From NCBI GenBank assembly GCA_000934665.2, contig KZ538911.1, positions 1 through 40,701 on the forward strand: a DNA stretch of 40,701 bases. The letters run 5' to 3'. Shown piece after piece: positions 25,149-34,514 of the stretch. This stretch comes from Catajapyx aquilonaris (Eukaryota). Numbering within the stretch: the first letter of the stretch is position 1; every line of letters starts with the position of its first letter. The notes below the pieces were generated by a model. That model was not told the DNA's origin, ran no database searches, and saw nothing but the letters and a program-made list of their open reading frames with translations. Both the position numbers and the translations under genes were made by a program.

Positions 25149-26594
25149 TTTATTTTTGTGGACAGTCCTACTAACACATCTTTCAAGAAGTAACCACTGG
25201 ATGCTGGAAATAACAAGCAGGATGATGTAAATTTAAAAAAAAATATTTTAAAAGGAACAGAACCAGTCTTTATTAAAAGTTACATGTATCGTTGTAATGC
25301 CGCACACTACAACTAAGGTCAGTGAATTGGAAGACTCGTGACTTACGTGAACAGCATTGTCATATTATAATAATTTACAATGTTGGATAAATGGAGAGTA
25401 CTGCATGGTAGCAGTATTTGTGAGCTACTTACGAATGAGTGATAGGCAGTCAAGTTGTTTTAAGTCACATTTTCAGCGTACAATATTTTTTTTTGATTTT
25501 ATGCAGTAGCCTGGACATCCCGACAAAACATGCTGCAGTGATCCTTGCTATAATTGTGAACTCCTGTGTACCGCATAACAATTATAACAATGATCACTTC
25601 AGCTTATTTTGCCAGGAATTCAACGTCCAAGCACAAAAGCAACTCCGTGTATTATTGATGTCTAGACAAATGCCAATAACCCCAGACTATACATGCACTC
25701 TTTTTAAAAACACTTCACATACAAATAAGTGATCATTATTATAATTGTTAAGTAATTTTGCACCTCTCAGCTCCAGGCTGATACATTTTTGCTTTTAAAT
25801 AGATCTTGTTATGTAACGATAAATTGACCAAAGATTTGTTTTTTTCTTTTCAGCCTTGCCAGATTCCAGTGTAATTGTTGGGTGTTTAATTGCGGCAGAT
25901 TGGCCCATAACGCAATCGTTCGCTTCACAATTGCGTTTTACAAGGCAACAGATTTGAACGCCTGCAATTAAGGGTCAACAATATACTTACTGAAGTTAGC
26001 AGTGCATAGTGCATAGTGCCAACATGAGGGAAAAGTTACAAGGCCAAAAACTTACTATAAATGATATCTTGTCAGATGCAAAAAATGTGTATTATTATTA
26101 AGGCATTACCCAAAAAAAAACATTTAAATTTCATGTCTGATTTGTTTGAGATTCATGATAAATACGCATGCCTTTTTTTTCCAATCGAAAAAAGGTACTT
26201 TTCGCACAAGTACAACCCCACCTAATAAGGTTTTTTTTCTCTCTCTTCAAAACTAGTGTGGCCATTACTTTGCATGCCTGTAGCACAAACACTCAATGTG
26301 CACTTAAAGCTATTTTGGACGAAAGTGTCTACTAGTACTAATAAATATCATTCTCTCTGAATATATCACATACAAATGAGCCTGTCCCGACAGGAGGAAA
26401 AATAATAATAATAATAAATGTGTCACTGGAAAAACATAAGGCACGCAAAGCAATATAAATTGCTAAGGCACACAAACTTTATAATTTATGTGCCTTTGCC
26501 ATAAAAATTGCTAATCAATAGCCTCCTTAGCTTCAGGTCTTGGTCCTTAAGTCGCTTTGGTTTCGGGTCAGTTGCGGTCAAGTCTTCGGCATCC
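25149..26594 (-). promoter_or_regulatory. Putative BicC 3' UTR (about 1.4 kb) with poly(A) signals and miRNA seed sites
   Basis: The first minus-strand AATAAA hexamers I found after the stop are at 25274-25269 and 25154-25149. GTGCCTTA occurs twice and GTCTTCCA once in the interval. Confidence 0.6.
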
Positions 26595-26644
26595 TCAACA
26601 GAAGTGGTGACCATTGTGGAACGCCTTGGAGTCTCCTTTAATTT
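26595..26644 (-). CDS. BicC: BicC last coding exon (EIKGDSKAFHNGHHFC*)
   Basis: catttcag| acceptor; phase 1 gives SAM helix 5 continuation 'AISEIK'; TGA at 26597-26595. Confidence 0.75.
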
Positions 26645-27051
26645 CTGAAATGAAAGGCATTAAATGCATTCAGTGTTGCTATTTTTTAGTGCTATTATTT
26701 TATGTAATTACTAATCACTTATAGAAACAGTTTCGGACAAATTGTGTGCTACACAAGACAATTTCAGTAGCAAGAGGGCGACACAGTGGCCGAGTGGTTA
26801 GCGCCACAGCCTTCCACCTCTAAGGTCCCGAGTTCAATCCCCGGGTCGGACGGAGGATACTTATGTGGATAGAGTTTCGATGGGTTCTCTCCGTGTTCGC
26901 GTGGGTTTTCTCGGGGTTCTCCTGTTTCCTCCCACTATCAAAATCCATCACATTACAGGCAAATTATTAAGTCGGTTATTCAAAAGATGATCCCCTAAGA
27001 GGCCCAGGGACCTATCACGGAGTATCCATTATTATATTATTATTATTATTA

Positions 27052-27084
<33 letters not shown>

Positions 27085-30000
27085 TCAGTAGCAAAAGGTC
27101 CAGAATATGCCAGCAACCTATACATGCATCCCTCCGAACAAAAGACTTCCAGATGCCAAAGTTTGGAGCTTGTACTGACCCGAAATGGCGCTCAGCATTC
27201 TCTTACGATGGCCAAACGGACGCACTCCCAATTGTTCCTCCAATTCCTTGTCCTTGAGTTGCAGAAAGATTTCTAAGTCCACCTCTTGCTTCATAAAGTT
27301 GTCTGAAATGCAATGCTTTTTTTTTTAACAACGCTGATCTGAATTCTGGTCAGTACACGACAAACAAGTTATACTGACCAATGTACTTCTCAAGATTGAT
27401 GATAGTCAGCACAGAGGCAATGTCCTTAGCATTCTTCAGAGCGTTTTCGTCATGTCGAGGAAGGGGAAGAGACTCGAAGTGGCTGCTGGAGCCAAGAGGT
27501 AGTGCCCCCTTGTTATTCCCTCCTTTCTTGTTGTTGTTGTTAGTGTCATTGGGAAGTCCATAATTTCCGTCAATGTCAATGTGGTCAAGAGCAGGTCGCT
27601 CCAGCCAGGGCATGCCATTGGTTTTCATGTCCTGAAAAAAAAAAATTTAGTTCATGAGTCGAGCTGCTTCAAAATTGCACAAGCTAAACTTATCCACTAG
27701 TTATAACTCAAGAATAATAGCAGAGTGCCGAAACAGTTGACAAGACTACTTACCACATCATTAGGCACTAAAGCACTCTCCTGTTGTTTCTGCTGTTGCT
27801 TTTTCTTCTCCTCAATCAGGACGGATTCAGGCATGGATCGGCTGAATCCATAGCCAACCCAGTCTGATGTGGGAATGCGAGGCTCGCTAGCCACAGGCTT
27901 CTGCTGCATTGCTGTCAAAACACAGCAAGAGGATTATTATTTTAACATTGCATTCTGAGCGACCCTTAGGAGTGAGACAAGTATTCTAAATGACTTTACC
28001 TTGCACTGCTTGCAGCTTCTTCGTGTCATAGTCAAACAGGCTACTATGATTTGCCCTTAATCGCAGCTGATTCATCTCATAACCCGGGGCACGTCTCTCC
28101 GGAAGGATGAGGGTCAGATCTGGATAAAGTGATTCAGGTTATGAAATGATCTTCAATCTCATCTCCTTTCCTACATACAAGTAGCATTAAAAACTTACCT
28201 GAACCAAGGCTATCATTGCTGCGGTTGATAAGTGTTGACGTTGAATTGTTTGGGGAGCTGCAAGCTGACATCCCTGAGGGAAACTGGCTGTCATCACTTG
28301 TTGGAGACAAATTGCGAGGACTGGTGTATGGACTTGATGTTGAACTGTCTGTGCTGCAGGTAGCGCTTGCTGTGAATGAAATTGTAGAACACTGTTTTAA
28401 GCCATGGATTAACAAGGCGATGGAAAGTTACTGCCAGTTGAGATTCATTCAAACTTGCCTGGACGTAAGAACAAGTCATCCACATCACTTGGGCGTCGTC
28501 GGTGATGGTGGTGTCCTCCTCCCATCATGTATCCTGTGTATGGCTTCATTCCAAGCTGATTTCCACCAATAACGGAGAAGGAAGCAGGTGAAAAGAAGGG
28601 CTGGGACGACGGGGTAGGAGACAAGGGACGGAAGTACGGAGGATTGGCTGATGGCGGGCCAGAAGTGGTGGCGGCAGGTGGGAAGACCGAGGAAGGTGAA
28701 TTGCGGACAGGTGGCCAGGGAGAGCTGCACATCCCTGGGCGAATGAGGCTCTGCATTGGAAGGTCTGCAGAGAAAGAAATACAATGAGCTTGTGACTTCC
28801 ACATCATTTTGTCAAGTAAATTTTTTTTTTCTTTTACATCACCACCAATGATGCTAAATTTTCAAAAGTTGAACCCACCCCATCCAACTGTGGCGAGACG
28901 ACAATTTCAAACTTACTGATCCCATAGAGTGGTGTGATAGCAGGGACGTTGTATGCCTCAGGAATCTTGACCTGCACTGGTGGCCCCTCTGCGATTCCCA
29001 GGATCTGCCGACGTGCTTCGTAAACATTGGCAATATTCCTCTCCGTGCCCTTGATGACCACCGAAACGGCCAGCTGCTTTTTCTTTGGGTGCACATTGAT
29101 CGTCACGCCCAATGTCTCGATCAGTTGGGTTTGCTTAAGCATGTCTGGCTGCGATTCCTCATGAATGTCAAACATCAACACCACTGGTAGAGAGCCCTTA
29201 AATAAAAAATATAAGTCACACTTTATACCACAAGTCACCAGAGAGAGAGAGCATTCAACATGAAACTCTTGAAAAATTCAGAATAAAATACTACTACTAT
29301 TTTGTGTTAAATCTGGGAATAAAATTTCATCTTTAAATGCCCACTTTTTCATAAACACGACTAAACACTTTTTAACTTACAATAAGCTGCTGTCGAGCAG
29401 CATGCACATTTTGCACCCCTCCAGTGATGGTGACGTTGCTCTTCTGCAGTGGAGATATATTAGGGTCAGTAGCATCATGCACCATGATTTGGGTGCTGGT
29501 CCCTTGCATAATGGCCTGTAGATTGTAATAATTGCGTCCCAAAACAGCCGAGTGATGCTGTGGTGAAATCTCCATCGAGTTCTTCACCATGACCGTGTTC
29601 TGCAGAGTAAAGGCAAGTGATTCATGTGCTCCTCTGGAAATTTTGCAACAACTTACAGTGACACCAGCGCAGTAATAGTCCATCAGGTGCAGCACGGCCT
29701 TCTCAATATCTTCACCCTGCTCTTCGCAGCCCTTAACTGACACGCACATTCCTCTCATCTTACCCCATTTTGGGAAAGACACCTAAAAAAGATGATAGTA
29801 CATGTATAGTGCGTAAGTGCAACTCCCACTCAGCCATCTGGCACATTACACATGTGCAGTGTTCATATTGTGAATTTAATTAATTACGAGAAATTCTTTT
29901 ATTAGGTTGCGTACATGTGAAAGTTGAACTTTTCACCTTAGTCCATTGGATATCATTGGTAATTTTTTAAATAAATATCTCAATAGTTACTTAGAATGTG

Positions 30001-33000
30001 GCTGAAACTTGTAATAAATAAATCTGAAGCCCACCTGTACTTTGTACTGGTCCTGTACTTGCTGGACAACAGGATTGTTAGGATCAGGCAAAGGCTGAAG
30101 CACATTCATGTAAGGCAGCTCGAAGTAGATGATCAGTGGGCTCAACTCCTGTGAAAGCAACAGTAAGATTATAAAACTGGTCCACCAATTAAATTTCAAG
30201 ATGTTATGACAGTGTCTGAGAATTTTATTTGCTTCCAGAGAATTTAATCCAACAGTGACACGACGAACTGAATTAAAAATTAAAATCTTGAGCGATGCAC
30301 TGATAATACTTTCATAGGCTAATATGTGCCCAGTTCTTAGATGTCCGATATCTTTTTGAGACTTAAATTGGTTCATACCCTGACACGAGCCCTGGCACTT
30401 TCCACTGCATCGATTTCCCCCGAGATGGAGACTTGGTTGCTCTTCTCCACCATGCTGGTGCGGTTGGAGTCTGGGAAATGGATGTGGCACTTGGTAGCGT
30501 CCATCACCTGCTGGATGATCCTCCCACCACGTCCGATAATGTGGGAGTGCTCGTTGTAGCTCACATCCATCTTCAGCGTCACTCTTGGTGTCTGAAATTA
30601 CACAAAAAAGAAATTAGACACAATTGCCTTAAAAACAGAGCATTACTTCCATGACACTTACACGTGTGTCTAGCACAGCTAGAATCTTCTCCTTAGCCGA
30701 ACGCACATCTTCTATCTTGCCAACAACTCGAATATGTGGATCTGAAAAATATTAAAACATTTTCTGTACTATTGTAAATTGTGAGGATTTACACTCTTAC
30801 TATCTGCATTACATTTTAATTCACAATTTTCTCAGATTGTACAGTGCACATTTGCAACAGAGTTTGTTATTTTTAGCAGAGTATATTCATTAACAATGCA
30901 TTAATGATTGCTTTATGCATTATGCCAATGCATAGATGGAGTAAATATGGAAACGCGAGCAGAAGTTTTACGAATTAAGCCATGCATGTCCCTTTCTCCC
31001 TGAGGTGTTCCAGCCTTCCCTTGTAAATGACATAATATTGCAAAGTGTCCAGAATGCAAATATTTACATTGCATGAACCATACACTTCCAAGGCTACTGT
31101 CAGAAGAATGTGACCCACCCTGCATGTCCGATAAAACATCAATATGAGGAACACAAAAGCCAACCTGGACACCCAAAAGGGATTACCTAATTGTATTTCA
31201 AGAATTTTGCCTTCTTACCCACGAAAAATGAACATTTCCGCCAACTTCGCCCATTCAATTTGGGCATTTTTTTTTCAGGCGCAGTCCCACAAAAAAAAAG
31301 CAGCCCATGTCGCAACCCAAAGGGGCAAAAAAAAAAAAATACATGCTTCACGACCCTTTACTCAACACGCGACATACCGTGTTGTTGTCCCAAAAAAATG
31401 CAAAAAAAAAGGGGGGGGGGGCATTAAAAAGATTTCGCCGAATCCGAATATTCAATTGCGGCTCACATACACTTTGCAAATTAAATGTTCTTGGCACATG
31501 CAGCTAAACAAACGATCCAGCCTGGAGCACCATACACTTTTAATTATCTTTCCATCATTGTCCAACTTTCCAGAAGGGCACAGTCCGGGGAGGGCATATA
31601 TTAGTAATGCATCTTCCTCACATGTTGCAGGGCCAAAGGCATAAAAAATGGATGGTCATCCAGAAATCGACTAGCCAAGTAGCTGCATACACACCTGCAA
31701 AGGCGTTTCTGCCTATCGATCTCTAAAGCCTCCTGGCCCCCCCTAAAATCCCCCCCTTGTTGTCTGACCAACGTTTTCTCATAATAGGTTTATCACATTT
31801 GCACTAATCAGCAAGCATAAAAATTGGGGATGAAAAAAAAAAAGAGCGCAAACGCTGCCTCCCCAAAAAATTAAACCTGAGCTTGTCAGCTATCAATTGT
31901 TAAAAGTAATTGTAATAATGTCACATAAGAAATGAATTGTTGAATTGAATGTCACCTTGTAGCCAACATGTACTGTACCCTAGTTCTATTCCTGAACTAG
32001 CGTGTCGTGATTAATTGAAAATCTGGAAATTTCCAGGGAGCACATTCTCAAGTTTTAAAAATTCGGTTGGTCTAATTACAAGGCGGATCAATCATAAATC
32101 AGCCAGTTGTCACCCCAGCCCCCTTTCATTTTAATCTGGTGGAAAATTGGCAGGCTTGCGTTATGATACAATAACATGCATTTACTTGTCGAGGTCACTA
32201 GGTCGAAAGGCGCATCGAAGTTTAGGAGTATTGACGACACAAAAGGCAACGATTACCGGGTATAATCGACTGAGCACATTTGGATGTTAACTATTGATTA
32301 AAAGGTTGCCATAACATACCCGGATAGTGATGAATCTAGCAGAATAAGTGCAATTGCTCTGAAGACATGCGCTGCTGTTAAACTTATGTTTGCAAACATG
32401 ACAATTGTAATTAAAAATTTTCACTCACCTTTCTTGGACTTTGCTCCAACTTTGAGGCGCGAAGGCCAGGCAATAGTGGTCGACGTCTCTTCCATAATCT
32501 GAATGGAAGAAAAACATGTCACACGCCGTCCTCACAGGTCACACTGCGCCTTGGTTGTTTAAAAATTCCACATACATGATACATGCGTGAATATGACGTC
32601 TGCATCTCACTGGTGCAGAGAGAAGTAAATTCTCCTTCTCTCACCAACAGTCTCACCTTCCCCAACCCCAACATCCACAGTGGGCCAATCACAAGCCTTT
32701 TTGCCCTCCCACATTTCCAATCCCCAGTCTCAGTGAAACCCCCCTTTTAAAAATTTGGGAGAACCCCCCGCGAGAGATAGGACCTAAGGACTTCACATGC
32801 ACATGTGACTAATTACATGCTGCATCTTTTAAATCCCTCAAAAAGTGTTGCATCTGCAATTGCGTCACTGCAGTAGTTCCTATACCCAATTAAGTTTCCA
32901 CTGGTATTGAATGGTCGCAAGTTTAATTGCAAATCGAATCAAATGTAACTCACCCTTTGGAAGAACACCTCCGCATTTTCCACCTCATCGCTTCCACCTG

Positions 33001-34514
33001 CAAGTAAACATCGACAGTGTCACACTTGCACCAACAAAAATATGACAGCCTGTTTGAACTGTCCTGAACATTAAATTTTACAACCAACAAATGATTCACG
33101 GAAGCACCCAAGTCAAGGTTTATTCCAGGAAGCAAGAGAGCAATTATTATTCTTGGGGGAGGTAATATTTCTCAATAGTTATCCACCTTCAGATTGTAAC
33201 GTGAACTATAGTCAATTTCTTCAGGTTGCTATCAGTAATATTGTCTACATAAAAACCTTTTTAGCTAAGTCTGGCCATACGTTTAACTCCCCCCCTTGTC
33301 GGTATATATCGACGTCCTACTACCTTTTTTTTTTCTTTCTAGGAATGCAGGAGGCGAAAAATGGATTGCATGATTCTACATACACACACGCCACTTGATA
33401 TGACCAGGACTCAATAGTTTGTTCAATACTACAATATCACCTTGGAGCACACTCTTGCACACTACAGGCTGCTGGAATTACAAAAAATATATATATATAT
33501 TCTTAAAGAAATTAATGACCTCACTGGACTCGCCAGATAACAGACACACGCACCACAAAGACGTGTTTAAAAAATGGCCAGGCCGTGGTTAAATGGGCAC
33601 CGCGACCAATTACCCATGGACATAAATCCGACGGGTCCTGAAAAAGGAAACGCTGTTTACTAAAATCGGGCCACCAGACACCCGACACCGTTCAAGATAA
33701 GCTAGTGTGGCATTATAAACAAAAAAAAAAAACCCTCTCAGACTTCGCAATTAAAAGCACGGGGTCCAGCCTTCCGTCTAAATGGCGACACTGCAGGGTC
33801 AATCCTCGAATAATTACATATTTACAACTGGATGCATCAAAAAAGGTTCGACCCCATTTTTTTTTCCTTCCAAGAATAAATTATGTAAGTCAGGCCAACT
33901 CACATATCAATAACTTCCCCCCCAAACAATTATCTGATCAAAGAGTACTTTGCTCTGTCCTTATAATATGCATGAATTTTGGTGATTGTCCCTTGCAATC
34001 GTAATGACTGGACGTATTAGGTCACTGTACTGACAAGTCAAATAGCTCTCCCAATGACTTAAAAGAGATACACTATTTTATACCCTGTAAGGTCTAAATC
34101 CGTATCATGGATCCAATCTTTTTTGGCATTTCGATTGAAGGCATCCAGTTGGCAATGGCATTCAGGCCACGGAATTCACGCAAAGCAATTTTTGAAACGA
34201 TCGATTGCATGCGTGTGTATAAAAGCTGCGGATATACTTCCAGAAAAATCGAGCCTAGTTGTATACTCCACAGCGCACATTTAATTTCGGCAGTGGTCAA
34301 ATGGCGAGTTTGAAACTGCCCCAATTTTACCTTGCAGCATTGCCTCCAGTCCACGCCGGTTGACCCGAAACCTGTCCTCGCAGGTGCCCTCGCCCAGGTC
34401 ACAAATCTCCTCCCGGCTGCCCAAAGTGGACATGGTGTCCGAATATTCAGACACACTGTCCTGAACCCCACCGCTGGCCTCGGACAGCACCAGTTGTCCA
34501 AACATGAGATACAT
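26595..34514 (-). CDS. BicC: Bicaudal-C homolog (KH + SAM RNA-binding translational regulator), complete 16-exon CDS, about 836 aa
   Basis: Exons (minus): 34514-34331, 32997-32954, 32498-32429, 30741-30662, 30591-30379, 30148-30035, 29782-29657, 29599-29381, 29196-28917, 28764-28459, 28369-28199, 28119-28000, 27911-27754, 27631-27379, 27302-27180, 26644-26595. Total 2511 nt with all phases compatible. Family motifs: EDRFRVNRRGLEAMLQ, FFQRIMEETSTTIAWPSRLKVGAKSKKDPHIRVVG, RVTLKMDVSYNEHSHIIGRGG, CHIHFPDSNR, PRIPTSDWVGYGFSRSMP, SAM FMKQEVDLEIFLQL...FGHRKRMLSAISEI. Confidence 0.96.
26774..27081 (+). mobile_element. V-SINE-like tRNA-derived SINE in the last BicC intron (antisense)
   Basis: A box TGGCCGAGTGG, B box AGTTCAATCC, core gttctctccgtgttcgcgtgggttttctcggggttctcctgtttcctcccac, (ATT)n tail. 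TSD atttcagtagcaa at 26761-73 and 27082-94. Confidence 0.88.
27180..27302 (-). CDS. BicC: BicC exon 15, SAM domain core
   Basis: atttcag| and |gtcagt, 123 nt; DNFMKQEVDLEIFLQLKDKELEEQLGVRPFGHRKRMLSAIS. Confidence 0.94.
27379..27631 (-). CDS. BicC: BicC exon 14 (linker plus SAM helix 1, DIASVLTIINLEKYI)
   Basis: tttttcag| and |gtcagt, 253 nt. Confidence 0.92.
27754..27911 (-). CDS. BicC: BicC exon 13 (AMQQKPVASEPRIPTSDWVGYGFSRSMP)
   Basis: ttttgacag| and |gtaagt, 158 nt; conserved pre-SAM BicC motif. Confidence 0.94.
28000..28119 (-). CDS. BicC: BicC exon 12 (ERRAPGYE...FDYDTKKLQAVQ)
   Basis: tttatccag| and |gtaaag, 120 nt; RRAPG and DY..KKL motifs of the family. Confidence 0.9.
28199..28369 (-). 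CDS. BicC: BicC exon 11, Ser/Thr-rich linker
   Basis: ttcacag| and |gtaagt, 171 nt. Confidence 0.85.
28459..28764 (-). CDS. BicC: BicC exon 10, Ser/Pro-rich linker with GGGHHHHRRR; ends at a GC donor
   Basis: tctctgcag| and CAG|gcaagt, 306 nt, phase 1 to 1. Confidence 0.82.
28917..29196 (-). CDS. BicC: BicC exon 9 (GSLPVVLMFD...IKGTERNIANVYEARRQILG)
   Basis: tttaag| and |gtaagt, 280 nt. Confidence 0.94.
29381..29599 (-). CDS. BicC: BicC exon 8, KH3 (EISPQHHSAVLGRN...ARQQLI)
   Basis: ctctgcag| and |gtaagt, 219 nt. Confidence 0.94.
29657..29782 (-). CDS. BicC: BicC exon 7 (VSFPKW...YYCAGVT)
   Basis: ttttttag| and |gtaagt, 126 nt. Confidence 0.92.
30035..30148 (-). CDS. BicC: BicC exon 6 (ELSPLIIYFELP...QYKVQ)
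   Basis: ttcacag| and |gtgggc, 114 nt. Confidence 0.93.
30379..30591 (-). CDS. BicC: BicC exon 5, KH2 (IIGRGG loop)
   Basis: tttcag| and |gtatga, 213 nt; matches ORF track 30373..30582. Confidence 0.96.
30662..30741 (-). CDS. BicC: BicC exon 4 (DPHIRVVGKIEDVRSAKEKILAVLDTR), KH1
   Basis: tttttcag| and |gtaagt, 80 nt. Confidence 0.95.
32429..32498 (-). CDS. BicC: BicC exon 3 (IMEETSTTIAWPSRLKVGAKSKK), KH1
   Basis: ttcag| and |gtgagt, 70 nt; highly conserved BicC peptide. Confidence 0.95.
32954..32997 (-). CDS. BicC: BicC exon 2 (GGSDEVENAEVFFQR)
   Basis: ttgcag| acceptor and |gtgagt donor, 44 nt, phase 1 to 0, FFQ motif preceding IMEET. Confidence 0.88.
34331..34514 (-). CDS. BicC: BicC coding exon 1 (MYLMFG...EDRFRVNRRGLEAMLQ)
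   Basis: aaaaccATG start context, conserved BicC N-terminal motif, donor AAG|gtaaaa, phase 1. Confidence 0.88.

Noticed and set aside
25328..25400. miR-7 gene on the plus strand
   Set aside because: Diverges from the mature sequence after nt 17 and has no complementary star arm; better read as a target site.
26486..26644. Longer alternative frame in the last BicC exon (KLKETPRRST...)
   Set aside because: Needs a phase-0 donor that is not present; phase 1 gives the expected SAM helix continuation.
31144..31644. 166-codon plus-strand ORF
   Set aside because: Antisense within BicC intron 3, driven by A/G homopolymers, with no recognisable domain.
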